DNA of 64,000 nucleotides from Thalia democratica (Eukaryota): NCBI GenBank assembly GCA_965202585.1, contig OZ241829.1, positions 5,146,001 to 5,210,000 of the forward strand, read 5' to 3'. Shown piece by piece: positions 52,188 to 64,000 of this stretch (position 1 is its first letter; each line of letters starts with the position of its first letter). The notes under the pieces were generated by a model. It saw only the letters and a program-made list of their open reading frames with translations, ran no database searches and was not told where the DNA came from. The position numbers and the translations under genes were made by a program.

Positions 52188-53160
52188 CAAGCAATGATCA
52201 TCAACTTTGATTTGATCAGGCGGAATGTGATGTTACGCATTCGAGCATAACGAGATATGACGTATGCAAGCAGCCGAGCGAACGAGATATGACGTATGCA
52301 AGCAGTCGAGCGAACGAGAGAGGGGAGGCATTTTGCCGTTTAATAAGAAGCACCACCACGCCAACTTTCGATCATTCGCCTTACTTACAACGCCGATCAT
52401 TGTCTGAGGCTTTATTACGTCACAAGTAGTGATTGCAAGCTTTCCAGCAAAGTTGTTTGCAAGCCTTGCTGGTGACTCTACTTTAGCAACGTCGACGGGG
52501 CGCATACTTCGAGTTGATTCGTTAGCGTGCCATTAAGTTTGTAGTTTGCAAGCATCGGGGCTTATAACTCGACTTTAGTTTTTAACGTGCCATTGAGTTT
52601 TGAATTTATAGAAATAAGTTGCTTGATATAATAACTTCTACAACCCACTACCAGTGATGACATTCCAACTGAGTCTTTGTTGAGCAACGCTTAAAACAGT
52701 GAATATTCTTACTTTTTGTCAACTGTATTTATTCGCCGCACGATTCAAGCGACCAATGCAACGATGCGTGATCAGCAGAAAATCTTCGAACCACGATCAT
52801 CGTAGAAGACTGAATATCACTCTCAACCGGTGAAGCACAAATATTGTTTTGTCCGTTCACTTAAATAATTAATATTAAAGCATTTAGTCTACTTGTAAAT
52901 AATGAGTTACAATTCAAGTAGTATATTTAGTTGTAGTTAGTTTTAAAATGTCGTTCACTGTGAAAAGAAATTGAAATCATTTAAAGTTGGCCTCGAAGTC
53001 AATCTGCACCCTGTCGCAAAGTTATGAGCACAACCGGGGAATGCCCCAAAGCGAAATTAAATCTGGCTCCTGTCAAAGCCGCCAAGCTTGTTACAGAGGC
53101 GATTTGAAAGGAAAATAGAGACGCAAGTAGCTCGGAGAGCATCAGTAGTGTTTCTTGGTT
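52188..53160 (+). pseudogene. GC-richer module (unit 5) with an extra 32-bp internal repeat and a nonsense codon
   Basis: Homologous to 4493-5440. CGAGC(AT/G)AACGAGATATGACGTATGCAAGCAG is duplicated near 52240-52305. The MSTTGECP frame (ATG at 53024) has TCA changed to TGA. Confidence 0.4.
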
Positions 53161-53964
53161 TTTCATGATAAGTTACAAACTAACGTTTAGTTTTTTAGCT
53201 TAACAGAAAATAATATTTAAAGTTTAAAACATTACAAGTATAATAAACGCATACAAAGATCAAAATAGTTAAAACAGGACTTATAATCACTTTATTTTTT
53301 TACAAGTAGCTATTAAAGCTAGGAAAATATTTTGAAGCTGTCTTACTTCTAGTAATAGTGTCACAAATTTTTATTTTTAAGACGACTAGGAAAACACGTT
53401 TTTTTTATTCTTTTCATCCCTACAAGTCGGTGGATAGTTTTGGGAATTAGGAGTTGCTGTTGACTTAGTTATCAAAGATACTTTTCTTGTGTCTTTAAAA
53501 CAAATTTGGTAAAACTATATTTTGTTTTGTCCTCTTGTAGTTTTAACGAGTTGAAGCTTAGCAATTTAAACGACATGTAGTGGTTAATATTCATAAAACT
53601 TAACTAAACTATAACTTTAAGGTAAGCTTATATTCATACGCAATAAATATTTTAATAGTTGTCTAACTGAATGTACACTTATTGTGAAATTTTAAATATA
53701 AATAATTTTTGAACTTTATAAATTTTCATCTAATTGAAAATATAAATCTTTAACTTTTAATTAGTTGAAACTGCGCTGCGATTCATAGTAAACATAGACA
53801 TTCAAATTTTAGTCTAGTAAATTTTATTGATTTCGTTTCATAGTTTAGTTTAGTGTGTACACATGTTTTGTCAAGTGTTTTATTTTAGCATAGTTTTTAA
53901 AAAGCTTGAAACTACTCGTGTACGTACTACAGTTTCTCACTAGTTAATTTTTAATTTTCATTAC

Positions 53965-54733
53965 TATTGTTTATTGAACGAAAAAAAGCGCTCAAATATT
54001 TGGTCCAAGGACCTAATGTACGAAAAAACCTTTCGGATATCGAGTCATAAACCAGGATAATATTTAGTTATCTTCTTATAAAAAAATTAGCTTTATATAA
54101 ACTTTAATATTTTTTCTTAACACTTAGACTATCATGTGCAAGTACAATTAAAAACATTACTGCAGCTCAATTGATGGTTAATGTTTTTTTGGTGTTAAAG
54201 TAATTAATATTTCTCACTACAATTTTCCTTTATTTATTAAAAAACATTAACGAAAGTATTTGAAAGAAATTTAAAGGCTACGTTAAAAAGAATTACTTTA
54301 AACTATAATTTGTATACGTATATGATACTTCTAGCTCATAATTTAAAATTACAGTTCAAACTACAAACAACTAGAGACGCAAGTAGCTCGGAGAGCATCA
54401 GTAGTGTTTCATCGCTTTTTATGGTAAATTACAAGCTAGCGTTTACTTTTTAAGCTTAACAGAATATTAATATTTAAAGTTTAAAACATTAAGAGTATAG
54501 TAAACACATAAAAGGATCAAAATAGTTAAAATAGGGCTTATACTCACTTTATTTTTTGGCAAGTAGCTATTAAAGCTAGAAAGATGTTGTTTGGCCGTCT
54601 TATTTCTAAAAATATTGTGACAAATTTTTATTTCTAAGAAGACTAGTGTATGACTTAGTAACTGATAAGCTTTTTCGTGCTTCAGGTCTTTGGACCAAAC
54701 TATTTGAGCGTTTTTTATCGGTCAATAAACAAT
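53965..54733. repeat. Fold-back element (unit 5 copy)
   Basis: Arms at ~53965-54049 and ~54649-54733. Confidence 0.75.
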
Positions 54734-55706
54734 ATATTAACAACTAAAATCATAAGAATTTAAAAAAACCGATTTTTATACTTATGAAAAGTTCAGATTA
54801 ATTTATAATCAAAACCGATTTGAAGTTCTAATTTTTAAATTTGAAAGAAAAAAATAATTTTGTACCGAAAATTTATATATGTTTATATTGTTAATAAAAC
54901 TGAAACACATACTTATTTCTTTCTATTTTTAAATTGAAACTAGATTTTTGAGATAAGTATTGGAGTGTATCTAATTTAGCTAAAATTTCTAAACGTTGAA
55001 AAAATTTTCAAAAATGTTTTAACTAGTGGTTAAATTTTTATTAAAAAATAAAATTAAATCGTTAGTATTAACTTTTTTAAATAGGAGAAAACAAGTTATC
55101 TCTGAATTTAATGAACTAGTAAAAGTATTCTTTAGGTTATACTTGTAACAGTTTTTACATTGGTAACTTTTATTGTGAAAAACATACTATATTAGTTAAG
55201 CACAAAATATACAAAGTTGAGATTAGTATATCTTCTTCTGTTAAGTAATCACAACTTTTTATTTTCTTTCAAATAGTAAATACTCAAATAATTTTATATT
55301 TAAATAAAAAGTGTTTGAATATGATGTTGAATAAGCTAATAATTTGTGTAAACACTTATTATAAAAATTTATAAATACTATGTTAATTATTGTGTAATGC
55401 TTTTAGAATCATGTTTAACAGTTTAACATATAATTAATCACAATATTTACGTTCAAAAGGAATAGGACTTATGTTAATAAGTAAATAATTTTTTAATTAT
55501 AAGTAAAAATGTATACATTTTAAAATTTTTATATAACATTTTATGGAGGTCTATTGTTTCAATGTTTAATGTTTGTTAAATAATTGTATTAGCATAAATA
55601 TGACTATCTTCAATTTTCTCTAAACTGTAAAGTGTCTAAGTATACAAAAATTTTTTAAAACACAGTTGATTAGGAATTATTAAAAACCAACTTATACAGA
55701 ACGTAA

Positions 55707-55749
<43 letters not shown>

Positions 55750-55830
55750 TAAAGGTTTTATACAAAGTTCTGATCGATAGTGCTCGACAAATCAAATTGG
55801 AGCTTAATATTTATTTATTTAATTATATAA

Positions 55831-55903
55831 AAACTATAATTCAAACAGCTGTTTCACACATTGAAATGTAAAATTTCATGTGATCTTCTGTGAGTTGTAG
55901 TTT
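55831..55903 (-). ncRNA. Hammerhead motif copy with mutated core (CAGAAGA)
   Basis: Inverted copy of 56644-56726. Position 55889 changes CUGAAGA to CAGAAGA, predicted inactive. Confidence 0.55.
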
Positions 55904-56643
55904 ATTATAATAGTGAACAGAAATTTCGATTTTAGAATTTTTTATAGTAATTATGACGTAGTAATGGTACAGTTTATTGTACGATTAGTTGAGTTTGAAA
56001 TACGCTGTAAATGTTATTCTATGCTTTTTAGGAAAGTTTAAAAAGGTTATTTTGGAAAAATGTTTTAAGCTATTAGAAAAAATTTTTTAGGCTGTTGGGA
56101 AAAATGTTATAAAATGCTATAAAATACTCGTGTTTGCCGCTTCGATTTTATTTTCTTTTAATTTTTAGTTGGTTTTAATTTTGTTAAAAAAGTATTTTTG
56201 ATAATGGATGCATATGTTTTGTCTTTCGCTTTTCTTGTTTAGTGTTACGTTCTTATCTGATTTTTCGATTTCTATTTTTTCTAAGTTACAAAGTTTGCAG
56301 CCGAATTTAGTATTGAATTTTAATTTTGTCCTGTTTAATATTTCCCATTTAATTTTGTAGTCTTTATTGTTATCTTTTAAGTTCCATATGTAATTCGCTA
56401 GTTCTGTTGTGTGTCTTTTGTTAATATTGTTGAATGATACTTTAAAAAAAGATACAGAAACCACAAATTTCTAATAGCTTAAAACATTTTTCCAAAATAA
56501 CCTTTTTAAACTTTCCTAAAAAGCATAGAATAACATTTACAGCGTATTTCAAACTCAACTAATCGTACAATAAACTGTACCATTACTACGTCATAATTAC
56601 TATAAAAAATTCTAAAATCGAAATTTCTGTTCACTATTATAAT

Positions 56644-56726
56644 AAACTACAACTCACTGAAGATCACATGAAACTGTGTACTTGTGTACATTTCAATGTG
56701 TGAAACAGCTGTTTGAATTATAGTTT
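56644..56726 (+). ncRNA. Type I hammerhead ribozyme motif, sense to K4, 55 nt upstream of its ATG
   Basis: Stem I AAACTACAACTCA/TGAATTATAGTTT (11/13 pairs); core CTGAAGA at 56657-56663; stem II CACATGAAA/TTTC(A)ATGTG; GAAA at 56702-56705; palindromic C-AGCT-G helix III; GUU triplet. A T-T apposition at the base of stem II is non-canonical. Confidence 0.7.
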
Positions 56727-56781
56727 TTATATAATTAAATAAATAAATATATATATTATATATATATTACTAGAAAAAAAT

Positions 56782-59700
56782 ATGGATAAACACCATCCGC
56801 AACATTGTTCTGATGCACATTATCAAAACCAACAACAAAACAGTGGTCAAGCACAAAAGAGAAGTGGTATGCTTGATGATAAAACCGCTAGTTGTAACTC
56901 AAAGAGAATTAAAAATGATTTACCTTCTCAACCTTTTGCAAGCTCTCAAAGTGGTCAAAGTTTTGATGACTACAACATAAACCTATCAAGCTCTGACAAT
57001 AGTTCAATTGACCAGCATCAAGTAGACATGATGCAACAAAATGTTCCCCAGTCGCGTGTTGTTCAACAGTCTCCTGCAAACTATCGACATGTGAACATCC
57101 CTGATCAAAATCAGCCTTATGTTTCGGATTTCCCTAGTGTTGACACTAACTACCAACTCAAACAAAATTACTTGCCTGATCAAAATCAAGCTGCTGTTTT
57201 GAAGCAGCAACAAAAATGTTTTGATGATTTCAACTACAGTCGTCAACAACACAACATACCAACTCAAAACCAAGTTCTTCATGCGACCTCTCAACAGCAA
57301 AGTGTTGTTTATGCTACAAACTATAGACACAAACATACAAACGTAGTTAGTAATCCGATGACGCAACAGCAAAACTTTCAGGGATATCATGATCCGGGAA
57401 ACAACTTTCAGAACTTCTCACAGAAGTATACGCATTCAACAAACCAGCAAAACCAGTTTAAAATAAAAGGAAATCATTCTCAGGGATATGACATCCAAAA
57501 CTTAAGTTTAAACGAATATATGTATCATCAGTCTAGTAAGTCAGATCCCCAGTCGGTTGGTAATTCACAACAACCAGTTTATCAGTCGATTGTTAACTCC
57601 CAACAACCAGTTCCCCATTCGATTGTTAACTCACAGCAACCAGTTCCTCATTCGATTGTTAACCCACAACAACCAGTTCCTCAGTCGATTGTTAACTCAG
57701 AAATACCAAGTCCTCAGTCGATTGTTAACTCACAACAACCAGTTTATCAGTCGATTGTTAACTTCCAGCAACCAGTTAGTCAATCGATTTTTAACTTCCA
57801 ACAACCAGCTAATCAGTTGATTGTTAACTTCCAGCAACCAATTTATCAGTCGATTGTTAACCCACAACAGCTTCTTTCAGCAACGAATAAAATGCTGAAC
57901 TTTGAAAAAGATCCTTCGTATAAATTACGAAACGATTTTGATCAGCACTACACAACTGGGAGGAGTATTTACAAGGATGATGTGCGAGAAATATTTACAG
58001 GTTATAAAAATATGTTTAAATATTTAAACGAAGTTAAAATCCGTAAAACTAAAAGTAAGCATATATAAACATATTTACATTTATTATTCGTTTTTAGGCT
58101 TTTTGATGATTATTTTTTTTTAATACCTATATTTATTTAAATTCTTTATTTTAGTTTCATAACTTATACTCTTACATTTGACAGTATACTTAGCATCAAA
58201 ACATTCATTTTAGTATGATTATACGTCTCGTATACTTAAAGGTTAGTCTAAGCTGAAAAAAGAATTTTTTTTTTGTTATTTTTATTTTTAAGTTTGCAAA
58301 TTTTATTTTTTTGATTCTTTTTTATTATTTTTGGTAAAATTAAAAAAAAAAAAATAATAAAAGATTTAAAATAATTTGCTGACCCATCTTTTGATCAGAT
58401 TTTTTTAAGCTCAGACTGATCTTTTAGTAGACTTTCCTGATATTATTAAAATGCGTTTCAAATCATAAAACTATATATTTTACCTTTTAAGTTTTTTAAT
58501 AAGCTTTTTGTACCGGAATTTTTATTTAAGTTACCCACATAAAAAATGGAGTTAAAGTAAGAGTGAAACATGTGGAATTCAGACAGTATAAATCCCACAT
58601 GGAAATTCATTGTGGAAAACACATTCCAATTGAAGTCTTAATGCACTGGAAAGCTATACACGATGAAGATAAGAACTTGGAAAGCAAAGGTTTATACAGA
58701 TACGTTTTAATATTTGTTTTTATATAACAAACTGTTCTAGCTACATAGGATAATACTATTACTATATATATTTTTGGTAGATTGCAATAAACAATATCTA
58801 GAGTATTTATTGACGTGTAGTCATAGCATTTTAAAAACATCAATTTGCTTTGGTTGTTTATTTAGTAGTTGATATTACAAATTTTTTCTAAAAGTCTGCT
58901 TGATGTACTGAACTTAATTACAATTTTAAAAAGTTTAGTTTCTACATTTCTTTAAATAAAAAGTTTTAAGATTATTATAAAGAAAACATTTTATAAAGTT
59001 TTTATTTTTTATTTCGACTATTTTTACTTCAAGTTAAAGATTTAAAAAGACTTATAAATAGTTTTCAAGTAGTGTTTCAATCCTAATAAGAGTAATTAAA
59101 AAAATGAAATGTGCTTATGTATTATAATATGAATTTTTTGTTTTCTTACTTTAAGATAGTTTTGCTATACTAAAAGAGCATAGGTTTTGTTAACGTGGTA
59201 AAAAAAAAACTATGCTGTTTTATATAAAAATTCTAGTAGCAATTTTTATTTTAGGCGTTGTTGAGATGTACGACTTTTTCGTAAAGGATCAGAAAAATTA
59301 TACGATAGTTACCGAAGAAAGTGAAGGATTTTATACTTTGAAAGAATTAGTAGAAAAACATGGTGTAATGAATAAAAATACTGCAAAAATTATATTCTTC
59401 AAGGTGTGTTAAGATTTATTACAATAAGTTTGTTTTATGCGAATAGTTTTTTGTTAGTCTTCTAAGTAGTATTTATTACCTTATTAAAAACTATATAATT
59501 TACAGCTTGGTATTCTTTAATTCCTTAAAAAAGCTAGTGAAAACCTGTAAGGGCTTATGTAAGTCAGGGCTCTAAAAATATTTTTTTAGTAAATTTAAAT
59601 ACTTTCCAAACTTCTACTAACATACAATAACCACTAATTGAATATTAACTTTTATATATCTCTCTTTTTGGTTTGAGTACTATTTTAACTAAGAAAAAAT

Positions 59701-60798
59701 AACAAATGTAAGCAAATCAAACAAATCCTTTTAATTTACAGTTGTGGTCTACCTTAAGAAAAATTCATCAACGAAAAGTTGTTTTGCGAAACATATCTGC
59801 TGAAAATATTTTGATTAACCCTATAACTGCAGAGACTAAATTCTCAAATTTTGATTGTGCTTCTCATTATCGCGTAAGTTTACATATACACAAATATAAG
59901 TTAAACATTTTCATTAATTATTATAATAAAGTATTTTATATATCTAATATTATTTTTAAGTTTAGTATGATTTTTATCAGTATTTTATTATAAAAACGCC
60001 TTTATAGTATTTGTTTTATTAATATACATTTGATGTAGTTTTTAGTTAAATAAAAAAATTTAAACTTAGGTATTTTTTTACTAAGTAAAATTTATTTCCT
60101 TAACTATTTTAATTAATAAATTTTTATCACGACAATTAATTTTTTTAATAAAAAATTCCAAGAAGTTTAATTTGGTCGTCCAGTATTTGAAGTTTGTATT
60201 AATAGTACGAAAAGTGTTTTAAACAAAACTAACAAAACTTGAAAAATTTACACTTTGCCTTTGCGGTTTACTTTTGTTGTATATTAGTTCAGAGAGTTAA
60301 AACTCATCATTAATCAGTAGTTTATTAACATACTGTTTTTTTTACTCAACTTAGTTTAAATAAACACCTTTAAATGTAGCCTTGGATCGCAAACCATTAT
60401 AGTGGACCCGAAGAAACTATCCCTTTGTCATTCAGGCGTACTCTGGACCCGAGAGCTGCCAACTCCCAGAATTGTTTAACAAAAACAAATTCTACGAGTA
60501 TGATTTGGATAGGTGGAGCATGGGACTGGTTCTCTATTTCATAGTTTTTGTTTGAATTACTTCAATTACTTTTTTACTTTTTTTTCCTCGTTATTTTTAT
60601 TTGTTTTTTAAGGTAGAGGGCAAACCTGCGTTCAACAGCAAAGAAGAGGTGATCAGTAAGGATCCTGAAGTATCGGAGGGCTCAAGGAATTTCGAGTCGT
60701 TCATCAGGAAACTTCTGAACAAGGACAAGAAAGAGAGGTTCACTCACGGACTCATAACTGGCGGGGTAAAAGCTCACCCTTGGTTTGAAGAAAAATAA
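56782..60798 (+). pseudogene. K4: Q/N-rich Pim-like pseudokinase gene with a frameshift in exon 5. Exons 56782-58000, 58531-58689, 59255-59403, 59742-59873, 60380-60543, 60613-60798
   Basis: Exon 5 is 164 nt rather than 165 (GAAACTATCCCTTTG vs GAAACTAAGCCCTTTG). The shifted frame stops at the exon 5/6 junction, removing most of the C-lobe. Confidence 0.8.
57550..57879 (+). repeat. 33-bp coding tandem repeat, 10 units
   Basis: 330 bp = 10 x 33. Confidence 0.95.
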
Positions 60799-62843
60799 TT
60801 TGGTTTAACAGCAATAATACATGTAAAACATAATTGATTTGTTACTTTTGTAATATGCTTTCCTTTCTAAACTAGTTCTTGTTCAATAACTGTTTGAAAC
60901 TTGTATTTCAGAAAGTTATGTTTACTGAAATGAAGTATATATCTTTGATGTAATTAGCTAGATTTTACAAACAAAATTAAAACTAGTGTTATTTTATGAA
61001 GTCTTTTGATACGAATGACTTAATAGTTTCTTTTAAAAGCTGATAAATTTAAACATCAGTTACAAATGTTAGTGTATTAATGATGTTTTAGAATTAATGT
61101 TTTTAGCTAGTGTTTGACTGACAGATAAAGTTGTAATTGAACTATTTTTATAAACACTATTTTTATACAAAAACATATTTTTTTTGCTGAAAAAATATAT
61201 TTAAAATTTTACAGGTATAAGATCTTGAAAAATAGTAGTTTAATGGATTATTTTTAATGACTAATTTAGGTGTTTATTAATCCTGTTTTGCGCACATTAT
61301 ATATGTTCTATTATAATTTGTTTAAATTGCATGCAATGACATCAAGATATCATAACTCTTTCAACTTTAATTTAAACTATGTTTTTTTTCCTTTATTTTT
61401 ACGTTTCGTAAAATAAAATAGTTTTCATAAAAATAACTTAGTTTTTGTTAACTTTTATACTCCAGTGAAATTTAACTAATTTTTTATTTGTTTTTTATTA
61501 TTTTAAAAAACTTCAAATCAAAAATGAATCTCAATTAGTAAACAAATAATCCTATTAAAAATTGTGCTACTTGATCACTTTACAGGTTTCATTAACTGCC
61601 TTAGCAATAAATCAGCATATACTTAAGTTATTTAAATGTTGCTTCATGAAAAAATTTAAAAAAAAATCTTGCTGTTAAAGTAAAAATGGGCAAGTTTTCA
61701 TGTCCACGGGGTAAATTTTGAAAATCGAATAAGTAAATAATAAAAAAGAATATAAATTAAGTATTAAAGTAAAAAGTAATTCAAAATGATACTAACTAAA
61801 ACAAAAAATTTAAGTACAAAATAATAAATTAAATATTACACAGATAAAAACAAAATTTTACAACAAATCAAATAACTAAATAATAAATGAACTTAAAAAA
61901 AAAAAGATTTATAAAAACTGAAAACTAATAAATTAAATGATAAAAACATTAAATAGAAATCAAAATAAAAGTTAATAAAAAAAGTCAAATTAAACATATT
62001 AAATGACTAAATAATTTTAAAAGAAATGATCATAATTAAATACAGTCGAAATGAATAAAATAAATAATCAAACAAAAAAATAATCAAATGTATGTAAACA
62101 AATAAAAATTACATTATAAAATTAGATTCTAACCGTTATTAAAATTCAATTACCAAAAAAAGTTTTGAATATACTAATAAATTTTTTTATTTTGTTAAAA
62201 AAAGAAATTAACTTATTACAGTTGTTGTATTATTTTGTTGGTATCATTTTAGTCAAAAGCTTAAATCTCCTTTTTCTTCTAAAAAACTAAGAAGAAAATA
62301 GCCTATGATAGTGCTTTTTCACAAGTCTGGGTTAGATAAAGAGACATAAATGAGACACTTAAGAGCTAGTTAGAGTAAAACGCGTGCAAATAGTGATGCA
62401 ACTTAGATAAAGTTTACACAAATAGAAAATAATGATATATAAACTATGTTTATATTTTTAGGATCTTTAGATTTTGTAGATATAAAAACTAATCACTCAA
62501 AATAGGCAGACCTTAACAGATTTTCAATCAAAAGATCTCAAAGTTTCATTACTTTTACCCTCTAGAGCCTAAATCTTATATTTACGTTTAATAGTTGTAA
62601 TAGAAAGAATTCTTATTTTCACTTTGTATTTAGTATTTACTAAACATTTACAAGCTATTAAAAATCAAAATAAATTAAAATACGAGTTCAATTATCCTTA
62701 CTTTAATTCTTAAAACAAAGATATTTATGATTTGAAAAATGCATTGAGTACAAAACTTTATAAAAGCCACTGCTTTTATTTTAACTTTGTGTTTAGTAGT
62801 TTTAATTTCCTTTAAAATGTTTCACAATTTAAAGTTCATCTGG

Positions 62844-62940
62844 TTTGCACGGCCTCAATTTTGCATAAGTCGTCAATTTTACACGGAGTCATATTTTACA
62901 AGTAGTTACTTTTAACCGAGTGATCATTTTTGCACGGTAG
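62844..62940. repeat. Short degenerate TTT(G/A)CACGG-type repeats, ~17-nt spacing
   Basis: Motif variants at 62844, 62859, 62877, 62894 and 62928; could be subterminal repeats of a DNA transposon. Confidence 0.35.
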
Positions 62941-64000
62941 ATATATTACAGTTAACGAAACTAACTATTAACTTAAACTAAAATTTTAAAATATTTGAAA
63001 TAAGCCTAACTCAACCATGCATGTTTTATTATGGAACTTATTTTAGATTAAAATGAAGCCAATATTGTATTTATCTAAATATATAATGTTTTATAAAACT
63101 AAGTTAACCAAAAGATAAGGTTACGAAAGGTCCGTTCGCATTATTTAAATTAATTTTACTATTTTTTGTAGATGTTTTTTTTTTAATATCAGGTGAAAAA
63201 ATTACACTTAGTTATTACTAGAGATTGTTGAACTTTTATAACCTTCAAGTATTTAACGTTTCTTTGTATAGATCTGTGAAATTATTTGTCGAAACAAAGT
63301 TATAACAGTTTAAAATAAAACAAAAGACCACATTTAAGGTTTTTATTAATAACTACCATGACACTTCAACTTTACTTAAAAACTCATATTTTTTTGTTAC
63401 TAAAAAACATTGTTAGCATGTTATTAAATAGAATTACTTAGACGATTTTCGTATATACTCTTTAAATAATTACATGTATTTATTATTTATAATGAGTTTA
63501 ATGTTATGATTTTGACCACCCATGGATTATGGTTTACTTAATTAATTAATACTATTGTTTATAATTGTTTAAAGACTTGCTTTATTACTATCTTATAAAC
63601 TTTAAAGGCAACTTAGATTTATTAATATAAAACAAATAAAAATAATGAACGAATGTATTCTAAAAATGAGCCACAGTAAAATAAAATAAGCAGCACTAAA
63701 TTCAAAAAGTACTGTTTCTTTTTTTTTTCAAGGGTTGCACAGGAATCAGAAAACCAATCAAAACACGCCCTCGCTCTATAAACTTACCAGATTATTCAAA
63801 TAAAATTTAAAGATTAGTATACTAGTCGTATAATGTAATCCACACCATTAACCATAATTAAATATAAGCTTAAAAATAATACATTCTACTTTGTACAAAC
63901 TTAGCAAATTGAGTGGTTGTATTTTATTATAACTAATACAACTTGATCCAACAACAATTAAAAGAAAACTTCACTTTTGGGTGTTTTGAAAGTGTATTTA

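Larger units (their letters stand above)
55751..56750 (-). mobile_element. 5'-truncated Penelope-like retroelement with inverted pseudo-LTR, inserted in the (TA)n just upstream of K4
   Basis: Minus-strand frame 56165-56464 reads TTELANYIWNLKD...KIKWEIL...CKLCNLEK...LNKKSE...CIH, matching the C-terminal part of PLE GIY-YIG ORFs. 55807-56079 and 56468-56750 are inverted copies of each other. Absent at K1 and K2. Confidence 0.8.
1..61700 (+). repeat. Tandem segmental array of ~14-kb units (TPR-like gene + GC-rich module + Q-rich Pim-like pseudokinase gene)
   Basis: TPR-like ATGs at 2288, 16336, 30638, 36616 and 50024 (spacings 14048, 14302, 5978, 13408). Kinase 5' ends at 8055, 22082, ~40463 and 56782. 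Introns and spacers align between units. Bases 1-2287 match the spacer upstream of the other TPR-like copies. Confidence 0.95.

Noticed and set aside
63730-63800. CCAAT, GC-like and TATAAA motifs plus a minus-strand GTAAGT as a promoter or exon edge
   Set aside because: Short motifs with no associated ORF inside the window; cannot be told from chance.

Overview
Very AT-rich, intron-containing eukaryotic DNA. Short GT-AG introns, (TA)n tracts and Penelope fragments suggest an animal genome such as Hydra, but the host is an inference. About 61.7 kb of the window is one tandem array of ~14-kb units. Each full unit carries, on the + strand: (i) a 2-exon, 203-212 aa gene with a TPR-like N-terminal helix pair and a hypervariable hydrophobic C-terminal segment (5 copies, all intact); (ii) a hAT-like terminal fragment; (iii) a GC-richer ~950-bp module that looks like a decayed third gene, followed by a fold-back element; (iv) a 6-exon gene that fuses a Q/N-rich low-complexity region and an 11-aa tandem repeat (10, 13, 32 and 10 copies) to a Pim-family pseudokinase domain (Gly-loop lost, HRD->LRN, DFG->NFD; beta3 Lys and alphaC Glu kept). 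Only kinase copy K2 (22082-26222, 701 aa) is intact; K1, K3 and K4 carry frameshifts, a splice-site mutation or a truncation. Two different 5'-truncated Penelope-like retroelements sit at the 5' ends of K3 and K4, and four hammerhead-ribozyme-like motifs occur in or next to those two copies. One unit is cut short by ~2.6 kb of unrelated sequence. The array ends near 61.7 kb and appears to continue upstream of base 1. All gene models were derived by hand from splice signals and comparison between copies; no database search or expression data were available.
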